From the IMG/VR virus record IMGVR_UViG_3300027833_000017: DNA of 64,000 nt, one strand, 5' to 3'. The position numbers were made by a program, and so were the translations under genes. Shown here one piece after another: positions 44,228 to 54,315 of this stretch (the stretch's first letter is position 1; each line of letters begins with the position of its first letter). This DNA comes from a virus. Below the pieces are notes generated by a model. The model worked only from the letters and a program-made list of their open reading frames with translations, had not been told where the DNA came from and did no database searches.

Positions 44228-46072
44228 ATGTCTGGAATTGGTAACGATGCAAATTTTATTTTTAAGAAGGTTTTAAATGTTGTTGATAAAACTACAGGTT
44301 TAGAAGTAACTGAATATTTTTATGATGACACTGTAAATGGAAGAGAAGTTGTAACTAGAACACCAAAATCTGGTGCTCTTGATTCTCCTAAACCATCAGC
44401 GGCAGATCAGAAGGGAACAGGTAAAACAACATTAAATCAAGAAAGTGTTTTCGGTGAAGCACAGGGTACAAGTTCAATGTATCCTGAAAAGGGCGTAGAT
44501 TCTAGAGCGTATCCTATAAAATCCGTAGTGAGCGGTGAAAAAGGAGACACATATGAAGACAAAGGTGAAACCGTTACTTTTGGAAAAGCACCTCGAAGTT
44601 TATTTAATAATTGGACATTACATAGATATCAAAACAGGGCTGGTACAGTTTCAGAAGATTCCGGTACAGAATATAATGGAAAAACATATAATAAACCAGT
44701 AACTGCGGCATTAGCCGAAAACTTACAAAAAAATCCAACGGCACGAAATATAGTAGAGTACTCACAATCTGTTGGTGGTGCATGCTTCTCTTATAGTTAT
44801 AGTGATTTTATTCAAATGGAGCATTACGGCCAAATATCTAATGATTATTTGGTTACACTTAGGAGATTTGCATATCCTGTGGGTGATGACTTATTAAGTC
44901 CTAAAACTGCAGGAACTAAAGGTAAAAAGGTAGATTCTTCTGCACCTGATTTGGCAAGAGCTGTAACGTGGTTATCTCCAGGTTTAGGTAATGATTTAAA
45001 AGAAATATTAAAATTTACAACTGGATATCAATGGAAAGAAGCTAAATCAGAAATACAAGATGCACAATCAAGACAAGCTGATAGAGGTGATGCTGGAGGT
45101 ATGATTGATAATGCTAAATATGGTGCAGCAATTGAATCTGGTTTAAATGGTTTTACATCGGTTCAAGCCAAAAAACTTAGAAACGCAGGTAACGTAGATC
45201 ATACTAAAGAAACATATCCAAACAAAGTGTTTGGACCTCTTAATATTATAGATAAAGTTTTAGCTAGAGAAAAGGGGCTTAAATTTGAACAAGAATTTAA
45301 ATTATCTTTTCATTATGACTTAAAGGCATATCCAGGTACTAGTCCAAAAGTAGCGTTTATGGATACATTAGCCAATGTATTGGCACTTACATATAGTAAC
45401 GCACCCTTTTGGGGAGGAGCTACTAGATTCTCAGGAACCGGAAATACTGGTAAGCCATTCGGTAATACAGCTTTATTAGAGAAAGGTGATTATGCAGGTT
45501 ATTTAGGCTCTATTGCTGACACGCTTGCAGGTATGGGTGGAAACTTCATGGATCAATTAAAGAAAACAGCATCTAACGTTGCTAATGGAGAGGGTATTAA
45601 TAAAATCCTAGGTGATTCTTCTATTCTTGAAAATATTGTAGGTGGAGGTTTAATGAAATTGATGGGAGGACCTAGTGGTGGTGATGTAATTAAAGCATTC
45701 TTAACAGGTGATCCAACTGGGAACTGGCACGTGACTATAGGTAATCCAATGAATCCTATAATGGTATGTGGAAACTTATGTTTAGAAGATACTAATTTTT
45801 CATTTGAAGGACCACTTGGTTTTGAGGGATTTCCTACTAAAATGAAAGTTGAAGTTAGTCTAAAACCTGGAAGACCAAGAGATAAAACAGATATTGAATC
45901 TATGTTTAATGCTGGTCGAGGTAGAATGTATTTACAACCAGAATGGGGTGAAGGCGAAGGAATAGACATAAACGCTATGTTAAATGTAGATGCATATGGA
46001 GATAAATCTGGTAAAGGAAATCTTGCTAATAAACCATATATGAGTAGAATATCTGATATGGCTGCTGGTTAA
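44228..46072 (+). CDS. Putative tail/baseplate protein (tube-initiator-like)
   Basis: First gene of the baseplate module, after GATATATA (44199-44206); C-terminal WHVTIGNPMNP..GFPTKMKVEVSLKP. Confidence 0.5.
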   Translation: MSGIGNDANFIFKKVLNVVDKTTGLEVTEYFYDDTVNGREVVTRTPKSGALDSPKPSAADQKGTGKTTLNQESVFGEAQGTSSMYPEKGVDSRAYPIKSVVSGEKGDTYEDKGETVTFGKAPRSLFNNWTLHRYQNRAGTVSEDSGTEYNGKTYNKPVTAALAENLQKNPTARNIVEYSQSVGGACFSYSYSDFIQMEHYGQISNDYLVTLRRFAYPVGDDLLSPKTAGTKGKKVDSSAPDLARAVTWLSPGLGNDLKEILKFTTGYQWKEAKSEIQDAQSRQADRGDAGGMIDNAKYGAAIESGLNGFTSVQAKKLRNAGNVDHTKETYPNKVFGPLNIIDKVLAREKGLKFEQEFKLSFHYDLKAYPGTSPKVAFMDTLANVLALTYSNAPFWGGATRFSGTGNTGKPFGNTALLEKGDYAGYLGSIADTLAGMGGNFMDQLKKTASNVANGEGINKILGDSSILENIVGGGLMKLMGGPSGGDVIKAFLTGDPTGNWHVTIGNPMNPIMVCGNLCLEDTNFSFEGPLGFEGFPTKMKVEVSLKPGRPRDKTDIESMFNAGRGRMYLQPEWGEGEGIDINAMLNVDAYGDKSGKGNLANKPYMSRISDMAAG

Positions 46073-46086
46073 AATAAACTATTAAA

Positions 46087-46953
46087 ATGGAGTTTAAAAT
46101 ATTTGTAAATAAAAAAGTAGGAGACGGTAAATTATTTTTAGCTCAACCTACTATGTTGTTCGGAAGTTTAAATCCCGAAGATTATGTAATGGTTGCTAAA
46201 CACATTGTTAAGGATGATGATTTAGTAAGACCTGATAGAATTGCTACCGAGCATTATGGTACCACTTCGGGATTGGACATTATATTAAAATTCAATGGAG
46301 TCTCTGATCCTTTTTCTATTAATGTAGGCGAAGAACTTTGGATTCCTATGGACACTATTCCTTATTTTAGATTAGAATCACCACAAATGTACGAGGACAA
46401 TCCTATTAAAAATCAATTTATAAAAACTAAGAGATTAAGTAAAACTGATCAAAGAAGATTAAAAGCACTTAAAAAGAAATATAATAAAGAAAACTTATTG
46501 CCACCTAATGTTATTCCAGTTGGTCGAAAAAATTACGAGTTCGACGGTTCTAATATTAGATTCGGTATGGGACCACAAACCGATGATGTGGTTGATTCTA
46601 TATTATCTGATATTAGAAATCAGGATAAGTTTGATAATTCTTCAGACGAAGAATCAAATGTAGCTGAGCTTATAATAGATACAAATGATAATTCACAGTT
46701 AACAGGTGGAAGTGGATCAGGCTCAGGAGTAGGTTTTAATGGTGGAGCAGGAAGCTTATATGAAGATCTTTTATCAAGTAATAGTGGAGTTGTTCAAACT
46801 GGAAGTGGAGCAGGAAGTGGAACTGGAAGTGGAGAAAATGGTGGTAAAACAGATACGGCTGATAACTTAGGAGGAAATGAACCAGACGGAACTGCACCTG
46901 GAAATGCTGACAATAATCCAACAAATAACCCAGACGCACCTTGCTCTAAATAA
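46087..46953 (+). CDS. Baseplate wedge protein, LysM/gp53-like
   Basis: RPDRIATEHYG...ILKFNGVSDPFSINVGEELWIP; Gly/Ser-rich tail. Confidence 0.7.
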   Translation: MEFKIFVNKKVGDGKLFLAQPTMLFGSLNPEDYVMVAKHIVKDDDLVRPDRIATEHYGTTSGLDIILKFNGVSDPFSINVGEELWIPMDTIPYFRLESPQMYEDNPIKNQFIKTKRLSKTDQRRLKALKKKYNKENLLPPNVIPVGRKNYEFDGSNIRFGMGPQTDDVVDSILSDIRNQDKFDNSSDEESNVAELIIDTNDNSQLTGGSGSGSGVGFNGGAGSLYEDLLSSNSGVVQTGSGAGSGTGSGENGGKTDTADNLGGNEPDGTAPGNADNNPTNNPDAPCSK

Positions 46954-46961
46954 CATACAAT

Positions 46962-48953
46962 ATGGAATTATCTAACAATATATTAGCGGTTGTAGAGCCA
47001 GCAATTAGGCCAACTGAGATTAAGATGGATGCACTTGCTGAAGAAAAAAAAGATGAAGCAGAGTACAAACAATCTACTATGGTTGCAACTCTTAAGCCGT
47101 TTATACTTATTAATGGTTATCAATTTGCGCCAACCGATGTTGTGCGCTTTGAATTAAATTTATCAGGTGATTTACCAGAATGTGAAATTGAATTAAGCGA
47201 CGAAGCTGGAAAGTTTGCAGTTGGTAGTTATCCAAGAGATGGTGATTTCTTTACAATACTTATAAATTCTAAAAATCAAGAAACATTTAAATCCATCCAT
47301 ATGGATTTCGATATCATATCCTGTGAATCTCCAAAAGATGGAAATGTTGGAACTGCTACATTTGAAATGTTTGGAGTTTGTAAAATTCCTAGAATAAAAT
47401 CTGAAGATTGCAGAAATTTTGAAAGTGCAGATTCTTTAACTCATTTGGAAGAAGTAGCTAGAGACTTAGAATTAGGTTTAGCAACTAATATTGATACAGC
47501 AGATGATGTTCAATCCAGAATTATGGCATTTGAGCCATACCTTAGTTTTATAAAAAAGATAATTAAAGAAAGTTATGTGGGTGAAGAATCTTTTCAAAAG
47601 TTTTGGATAGATCCATATTATTATATGAATTATGTAGATGTAAATGCATTGTTTAATTCACCTAATCCACCAATAGAAGAATTTGCTGAATCATTGGCTT
47701 CAGCTGCTGAATCAATGGTAACTACAACTGAGTCTGAAAAAAATGCCAAAACAGGAAACGACATTGAGGTACCGTTATTATTGACAAACCATATTGCGTT
47801 TATGGGAAATAGTTCGTTTATAGAAAAATCTAACATATTAAATAGTTCTGCAAATATTAGTGCAAAAAACGGATACGCCAGAGAGGTAACTATTTATAAT
47901 AACAATGGTGATGCTGGTGAGAAAAAACAAGAATTTAGAATAGAGCCTTTAGGTGGAAATGATTTAAAAGAATTAGAAGAGCCACTAAAGGGTAATAGAA
48001 ACGATACAAGGCATGTTGATCAAATTAAGTACAAATATATTGGAAGACAAGAAGCTGGTGATGATGGATTAGGTAACGTACATCCTAATGCTGCATTTTC
48101 ACAATTGCACAATGCACAAAATGAGGCTGAAACACAAAAAATGAAATTAGAAGTTACTTTAAATTCATTTAATCCATCTTTATATAAGTATCAAAAGATT
48201 CCTGTTTTAATGTATATTACTAACCCTAAAGCTATTCAACAAAACGAAAGAATTAAAGGTGATAAAAAAGAATTAGGTATGGATAAAGATGAGCCCTTTG
48301 GATTAGAAGAGGCTAGCGAAGATTTAGCAGATGCTGGTAAAAATAGCCCAAGTCAAGCTTTAGATTCATTTTTATCAGGTTATTATATAATTGAAAGTAT
48401 TATATATGAAGTAGAAGGAGATGTCACAAAACAAACAATGACACTTCTTAGAAGAGAGTGGCCAACAAGAACAGAAAATCTAATTAATCCACCTGGACTT
48501 GAAGATGCAACAGACGAGGAAAAAGCAGATAATGTGGCTGAAAATAGCCCTGAACCAGAACCAGAACCAACTCCAGAACCAACTCCAGAACCAACTCCAG
48601 AACCAACTCCAGAACCAACTCCAGATGTTGAATTAGAAATAGAAATAGGATTTACTAAAACCACATCTGAACAAGATATTCAGGCTACATTTGCTAATAG
48701 CACATATGGTGTATTTGAAGGTACTTGGACTGCAAATAAAGAAGTTGCAGCATTTGATTTTTGGGAAGCAGATATAGATGATACATTAATTGGTCCATCT
48801 TATGGAATGTCAGTTAAAAGTAATGGAACGTGGGTGTTGGATCTCTCACAAACAGGATCCTTTGACCCCCAAACATACGATCTTGCTATTACAATACGAG
48901 CAGAAGGTAAAACATTTACAAATACAACATCGGTTACCATTACTGATAAATAA
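46962..48953 (+). CDS. Putative baseplate hub (gp27/gpD-like) with PEPT linker and extra C-terminal beta domain
   Basis: Lies between LysM-like and gp5-like genes; FLSGYYIIESIIY motif. Confidence 0.55.
   Translation: MELSNNILAVVEPAIRPTEIKMDALAEEKKDEAEYKQSTMVATLKPFILINGYQFAPTDVVRFELNLSGDLPECEIELSDEAGKFAVGSYPRDGDFFTILINSKNQETFKSIHMDFDIISCESPKDGNVGTATFEMFGVCKIPRIKSEDCRNFESADSLTHLEEVARDLELGLATNIDTADDVQSRIMAFEPYLSFIKKIIKESYVGEESFQKFWIDPYYYMNYVDVNALFNSPNPPIEEFAESLASAAESMVTTTESEKNAKTGNDIEVPLLLTNHIAFMGNSSFIEKSNILNSSANISAKNGYAREVTIYNNNGDAGEKKQEFRIEPLGGNDLKELEEPLKGNRNDTRHVDQIKYKYIGRQEAGDDGLGNVHPNAAFSQLHNAQNEAETQKMKLEVTLNSFNPSLYKYQKIPVLMYITNPKAIQQNERIKGDKKELGMDKDEPFGLEEASEDLADAGKNSPSQALDSFLSGYYIIESIIYEVEGDVTKQTMTLLRREWPTRTENLINPPGLEDATDEEKADNVAENSPEPEPEPTPEPTPEPTPEPTPEPTPDVELEIEIGFTKTTSEQDIQATFANSTYGVFEGTWTANKEVAAFDFWEADIDDTLIGPSYGMSVKSNGTWVLDLSQTGSFDPQTYDLAITIRAEGKTFTNTTSVTITDK
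48561..48620 (+). repeat. 5 x 12-bp tandem repeat ccagaaccaact (PEPT linker)
   Basis: Exact tandem copies. Confidence 0.95.
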
Positions 48954-48968
48954 GGATAATAAAATAAA

Positions 48969-48976
48969 GATAAATA
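48969..48976 (+). promoter_or_regulatory. Putative late promoter GATAAATA, 4 nt before ATG
   Basis: GATAAATA-atat-ATG(48981). Confidence 0.5.
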
Positions 48977-48980
48977 ATAT

Positions 48981-50408
48981 ATGTCAGACTTTAAACATAT
49001 TAACGAGTTCAGAAAAGGTTCTATTTTAAGTAAGATCAGTGAAGATCCAACTTATCTTAGTTTTTTCTTCATGTTTGACGGTGTAGATAGAGAGCATTCT
49101 CCTTTGTTAGCAGGTCCAGCGGAAGAGTATCTAGAAAAAATGGTAGATGCTAATATGGGTACAACGTATGCCAAAAAATTAGCTAATTTTAGAAAGGTGC
49201 TTTTTAAAATCAATAAAGAAATGCCATGGTTTTGGCAAAGTGTTACGGGTTTGGAGTTAGTAGAAACTTACGGTAAAATGGACGAGCCATACAGAGGACA
49301 AGAACGCCCAAAGATAGAGATAGAATGTCTAGAAGAAAACGTAGAGTTAACTGCAGTCGCATTGATGACTTTATATAAGAACGCATGTTATGATTTTAGA
49401 AGATATGTAGAAATATTACCAAAAAACTTAAGACACTTCAGAGTTTGGACTGTACTTTCAGAAGTTAGAACATTTCAACAAAATACTGTTGCGAGAGATT
49501 TAAATTTATATGGTGCTGAAATGCCTGGAAACGAATCAGGCTCTTCCGTCAATCTTATACCTAAAGCAAAAGGATATGAAACAGCCACCGGAAGAAATGC
49601 TGGCACATTTGACACACCGCTAGTTAAACAATATACCGCTGATGCAAAACCACATGTTATGTTTGAGTTGGGTTTCTGTGAATGGGAAATAGACACAATT
49701 GCTGGGGTGTTTGCGGATCAATCTAAAAATCCAGAACGTAAAAAACCAAAAGTATCTTTTATATGGCAAACTGGTTTTATATCTGGTTCTAAGTTTGGTG
49801 AAAATATAGTTACTGAGGAACAAAGTCCATTATTTCCAGCTGCAAAGCCAGATGATGGATTATATCCTAATCAACCATTCAATCCGCTAGCAATTGCACA
49901 AAATGCAATAAGTGATAAAGTTAATGGACTTGCAAGTGGTTTAGTGAATAGATTTAATAATTTAAAAAATAGTTTACCAGGATTTGGTAATAATCCTTTA
50001 GGTAGAGTTTATCCAGAGGGTTTAACGGGAGCCGCGGCCGGTTTAGCAAATAGAGGTATGGATGCTGTAAAGGGGTTATTATTGGATAATGTGCATGGGA
50101 GTACAGGCTTCTTAGGAAGTTTAAGTGATATTAATAGTGCACTAGAAGCTGGAAGTGTAAACGCTATTTTAAATTTAGCTGGACAATTAAATCAAAATAA
50201 TACTAACATTCCAAATAATGGAAATATTACACCTGTCGGCGTATACGATCCAGGAATTGATAGTTCTCCTGATTTGCCAATTAATCAAAAAGTGTATGAT
50301 CCTATTGCACAAGAACCAGAAAGTCAAAACATTACACCTGGAAGAATTCATGAACCAGGTGTTGATAGTAGTCCAGATGATAACATTAACGAGAACGTAC
50401 ATTCATAA
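48981..50408 (+). CDS. Putative tail/baseplate structural protein
   Basis: Context within baseplate module; C-terminal PG(I/V)DSSPD duplication. Confidence 0.5.
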   Translation: MSDFKHINEFRKGSILSKISEDPTYLSFFFMFDGVDREHSPLLAGPAEEYLEKMVDANMGTTYAKKLANFRKVLFKINKEMPWFWQSVTGLELVETYGKMDEPYRGQERPKIEIECLEENVELTAVALMTLYKNACYDFRRYVEILPKNLRHFRVWTVLSEVRTFQQNTVARDLNLYGAEMPGNESGSSVNLIPKAKGYETATGRNAGTFDTPLVKQYTADAKPHVMFELGFCEWEIDTIAGVFADQSKNPERKKPKVSFIWQTGFISGSKFGENIVTEEQSPLFPAAKPDDGLYPNQPFNPLAIAQNAISDKVNGLASGLVNRFNNLKNSLPGFGNNPLGRVYPEGLTGAAAGLANRGMDAVKGLLLDNVHGSTGFLGSLSDINSALEAGSVNAILNLAGQLNQNNTNIPNNGNITPVGVYDPGIDSSPDLPINQKVYDPIAQEPESQNITPGRIHEPGVDSSPDDNINENVHS

Positions 50409-50410
50409 GT

Positions 50411-51127
50411 ATGAATAATAAAGAATTAGTTGAAGATAATCTAAGAGAAACTCATTGGTTAGGAGAAGTTGTAGTAAACGAAGATCCTTTACTTAATGGT
50501 AGGTGTCGTGTAAAAGTTTATGGTAAATTTGATAAACTAACGGATGACGCTATTCCATGGGCAACTCCTATGAATAGAGATCAGGTTGGGGCACATGCTG
50601 TTCCGAGAGTTGGAGATATTGTTGCAGTTAGATTTGATAATGGTAACATATATCATCCAGAGTATTGGTTTCAAATAGATCAAAACACTGATTTAAAGAC
50701 AGATGTTTTAGAAGCTTCTGATGCGCCGCACGATGTAATTAGTTTAGTGTATGACGCAGAAAGAAATGTTAGAATATATCATTCACCCGAAGATGGTTTA
50801 GTTATTACTCGAGGAAGTGGCGCTAAAGAAAGACCTATGATACAAATCGACGAGGAAGGTTTTATTAAGATAAGTACAGACGCAAAAATGTTTTTAGATT
50901 GTGGTGATATATTTGTTTCAAATGAAGGTGAACCTGGTGCAGATGAGACAGAACCAGCAGTAAGGGGTCAATCTTTACAAGATTGGTTACAAACATGGTT
51001 AGATGACTATAATGCACATATACACCCAACCGGAGTTGGACCTACTGGACCTCCAATGCCACCGACACCAGCTACTGTTGGTAAATTATCAAGTTCACAT
51101 ATTAAGTATCAACAAAAGAATAAATAA
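50411..51127 (+). CDS. Baseplate central spike, gp5/gpV-like
   Basis: OB-fold WLGEVV.NEDP...GRCRVKV..IPWA..VPRVGD.V.V.F; C-terminal HIH metal-binding tip; no lysozyme domain. Confidence 0.85.
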   Translation: MNNKELVEDNLRETHWLGEVVVNEDPLLNGRCRVKVYGKFDKLTDDAIPWATPMNRDQVGAHAVPRVGDIVAVRFDNGNIYHPEYWFQIDQNTDLKTDVLEASDAPHDVISLVYDAERNVRIYHSPEDGLVITRGSGAKERPMIQIDEEGFIKISTDAKMFLDCGDIFVSNEGEPGADETEPAVRGQSLQDWLQTWLDDYNAHIHPTGVGPTGPPMPPTPATVGKLSSSHIKYQQKNK

Positions 51128-51129
51128 TT

Positions 51130-52929
51130 ATGCCTGCACTTTGGCCAACATTTATACCAAACTTAGCAAGCGATATAGCTGGACGAGAATTTACAAAACC
51201 AGGTGGTGCTATAGTTTCATATGCTCTCCCAAAAGTTGGTGTTAATCAAGTTCCTATTTTCCCTCCTTCCCAAGATTTAGTTAAATCTATTAAGCCTGGA
51301 AATCCGCTAAACGTGTCATTAACAACAGATCCCACTGCAATGGTAAACGCTATTAATCTGGCACCTTTAAGTGGGAGATATGATTTTGGCGTAAGAGTTG
51401 CTGAAAGATATTTAGAAGCCGTAAAGGGTTTAGCAATGACACCTTTCGGTGCAACACATACTAATAATCCAGCCGCTGAGTTTTTACTAAAACAAGGATA
51501 CGGTTTAGTATTTGAAAGATTATTAAAAGAAGGCGATATTCCATTGCAAGATCAATATGACGATGATGGTAATTTAACCGAAATGGGCAAAGAGTCACAT
51601 CCAGATTACGCTGATTTTTGTCCAGATCCTGTTGAACAGCCAGATCCAGTTGAGGAACAAAAGAAACTTGATAAAAAATTTAGTAAATTTATAGAAGAAT
51701 ATAAGAATGATTCTACTATGGATTTAAAAAAGTTTAGATTTTTTGAATTTCCATGTCTAACTGGAAATGAAACACAAGATGACATAGAAAAGATATTTGC
51801 GTCTAGATTATTACAACAATTTGAAAGGCTTTCAAATAAGAATACTAAATGGGAATTCTATATTTGGTTAGCATGTCTTGGTTCAGAAAATTATAATAAT
51901 TCAAGTGGATTTGGTGGAGGGTGGTCTGGTATGCCATATCCTAATGTTAATACTAACGCTAGAAATGATATTGAAGATGCTGGTTATGATTGGAAACAAC
52001 TAGTAGACAATGTTAGTGCTCTTTGTATTGAAGCGATCCATGAAGTACATCCAGCAGAAGAGGAAAATACATGGTCATTCTTTAATACTGCATTATTAAG
52101 AACGAGAATTAAAAAAGATCCAACTGGACCAATTACTTTACCATATGAATTAGATTGTCCATTGAATGAATATAAAATTCAAGTGGCTTATGATTATGAA
52201 ACTGATAGTAAAAGACCTAAAATTTTAACGTCACATGTTATCGCAACATTTAGCTGGTATCCTGGGGTAAGAAGTGGATCATTTAGTGCAAATGCAGAAG
52301 GTGTTGTTATTAATGCTCCTAAATTTACTAAAAATAATAATTGGGTTAAATCAATATATGGTGAACAAGAATTAAAAAATGGTTGGCGCAAAATTCCAAA
52401 TGCAATGAGTAGTGCTAGAACGCCTGAAGATGTTATCGACATAAACCCAACTACAGGTGGAACTATATTTAAATTTCAAAGACATCAAGTGGTAGAAGCT
52501 AAGACTGCTGCAGAAGAATGTGATGCTGCAGAAGAAGATAGTAATATAGACTATACTTGGCCAGGTGGTGATCCATATGAAGAAATGGCAGAAATAACTA
52601 TCGCATATTGGTATGCGTGTTTAGTAAAACCATTTACACCATCTCCATCAGCTTTACCGGCGTTGATTCCCCCACCACTCACTGGGATCTATATTCCAAT
52701 TTATTATGGTGGTAAAAAAAGATTGGCTAAAAATTTAAGAAGGGCATGGAACACTGGAAAAACGTTTTCAATTCTTCCCGCTCCAATGCCACCTGCACTG
52801 GCAGTTTCAACTGCTGTTGCTGCAGCCTATATGTTACACTTATTAGAATTTAAATTATTATATCTTGGTGGAATTCCCACACCTGTTGGACCCGTACCTA
52901 TGGTTGGAATTGTACCGGTAGTATTCTAA
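51130..52929 (+). CDS. Putative baseplate-associated protein
   Basis: Follows the spike gene; Pro-rich hydrophobic C-terminus. Confidence 0.5.
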   Translation: MPALWPTFIPNLASDIAGREFTKPGGAIVSYALPKVGVNQVPIFPPSQDLVKSIKPGNPLNVSLTTDPTAMVNAINLAPLSGRYDFGVRVAERYLEAVKGLAMTPFGATHTNNPAAEFLLKQGYGLVFERLLKEGDIPLQDQYDDDGNLTEMGKESHPDYADFCPDPVEQPDPVEEQKKLDKKFSKFIEEYKNDSTMDLKKFRFFEFPCLTGNETQDDIEKIFASRLLQQFERLSNKNTKWEFYIWLACLGSENYNNSSGFGGGWSGMPYPNVNTNARNDIEDAGYDWKQLVDNVSALCIEAIHEVHPAEEENTWSFFNTALLRTRIKKDPTGPITLPYELDCPLNEYKIQVAYDYETDSKRPKILTSHVIATFSWYPGVRSGSFSANAEGVVINAPKFTKNNNWVKSIYGEQELKNGWRKIPNAMSSARTPEDVIDINPTTGGTIFKFQRHQVVEAKTAAEECDAAEEDSNIDYTWPGGDPYEEMAEITIAYWYACLVKPFTPSPSALPALIPPPLTGIYIPIYYGGKKRLAKNLRRAWNTGKTFSILPAPMPPALAVSTAVAAAYMLHLLEFKLLYLGGIPTPVGPVPMVGIVPVVF

Positions 52930-52975
52930 AAAATAATAGGATATATATTATGTTACACCTTTAATATAAAAATAA

Positions 52976-54262
52976 ATGAACAACGAAAACAACAAAAGGA
53001 TCAGAATTGGGGAAAAGACACCAAAAGAGACCGTGGTTGAAGAACTAGATGTAAAAATCGAAAACAAAGAAGTAGAAGAAGATGCTAATCAAGCATTTTA
53101 TGATGAGAACGGGGAATTCATGTGGGATGCATATGAATCTACTTGCCCGTCAAGAACAAGAAAACCAAATCCACATATCAAAACACAGAACGGTGACAAA
53201 GTATTCTCTAGAGAAACTTATGCACAAGAAATGTATGACATGCTTACTGCACATGACAATAGCATAGGACAATTACTAACTGTAATTAATCCTGGAGAAA
53301 TTCATGAAGGTAAAATTTATGCCATTAATTCTGAGTTTATTAGTATTGATATTGGTTATAGAGAATTGATCTACGTTAAGTACGATAAAGAACCTGCCGA
53401 AATTCAATCGCTAAAACCAGGTGATGAAACAGCTGTGCTAATTACACAATTGGGTAAAAACTCGCATGTTGTTGGTAGTATCAATGGTGGTGTTAAACAC
53501 AAAGTGTTTATGGATCTTAGAGCTGCAGTTGAAGAAGGAAACACAGCTTGGGTTGGTACAGTTACAAATATGATTGAAAATGGAGGTTATATGGTAATGG
53601 TCCAGGGTATAGAATGTTTCATGCCGGGTTCTCTTGCCGGTATTAATAAGCTTCATGATTTTAGTTCTATTATTGGAACTGAAATATATGTTGTGCCTGT
53701 TAGTTTCTCACCAGACAGAGGAACGTTAGTAGTTTCACATAGAAAATATTTACAAGCACTAATACCTGGAGAACTAGAAAAATTAAAAGAAACACAAGGT
53801 GAAACTTTAACAGGTAATGTTACTGGTACTGCAAAATACGGTGTGTTTGTTGAGTTTAATAAGTGTTTAACTGGTATGATTCACAATAATGACTTAGATG
53901 AAGAAACTTTAGTTAAATTTAAAGCTAGAGAAATTAAACCAGGCGATGAAGTGTCGTTTATGGTAAAAGACATTATTAGTAATACTAAAATAACACTGAC
54001 ACAGAAAGCAAACATAGTTATTAATCCATGGGTAGATATTATTTCTAGATATCAAATTCCATGTGTTGTTAATGCTACAGTTAAAACCAAAAAAGACTAT
54101 GGTTTGTTTATTACAATAGAAGAAGGTGTTACTGGTTTACTGCACGTAAGTGAATTAAGTGAAGAAGTAATGAGTGTTTTTAAATCAGGAGACCCTATCA
54201 CTGTACAAGTTACGAGAATCGATGTTGATTCTATGAAAGTGTTTTTAAAAATGCCACAATAA
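52976..54262 (+). CDS. rpsA: Ribosomal protein bS1-like (four S1 domains)
   Basis: GEIHEGKI..IDIG; GGYMV..CFMPGS; GNVTG..YGVFVEF..GMIH; DYGLFITI..GLLHVSEL. Confidence 0.8.
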   Translation: MNNENNKRIRIGEKTPKETVVEELDVKIENKEVEEDANQAFYDENGEFMWDAYESTCPSRTRKPNPHIKTQNGDKVFSRETYAQEMYDMLTAHDNSIGQLLTVINPGEIHEGKIYAINSEFISIDIGYRELIYVKYDKEPAEIQSLKPGDETAVLITQLGKNSHVVGSINGGVKHKVFMDLRAAVEEGNTAWVGTVTNMIENGGYMVMVQGIECFMPGSLAGINKLHDFSSIIGTEIYVVPVSFSPDRGTLVVSHRKYLQALIPGELEKLKETQGETLTGNVTGTAKYGVFVEFNKCLTGMIHNNDLDEETLVKFKAREIKPGDEVSFMVKDIISNTKITLTQKANIVINPWVDIISRYQIPCVVNATVKTKKDYGLFITIEEGVTGLLHVSELSEEVMSVFKSGDPITVQVTRIDVDSMKVFLKMPQ

Positions 54263-54315
54263 CTATTGCAACGAGAGTGTGATATATAATCAAACGGTAA
54301 TATCATAATCTTAGT

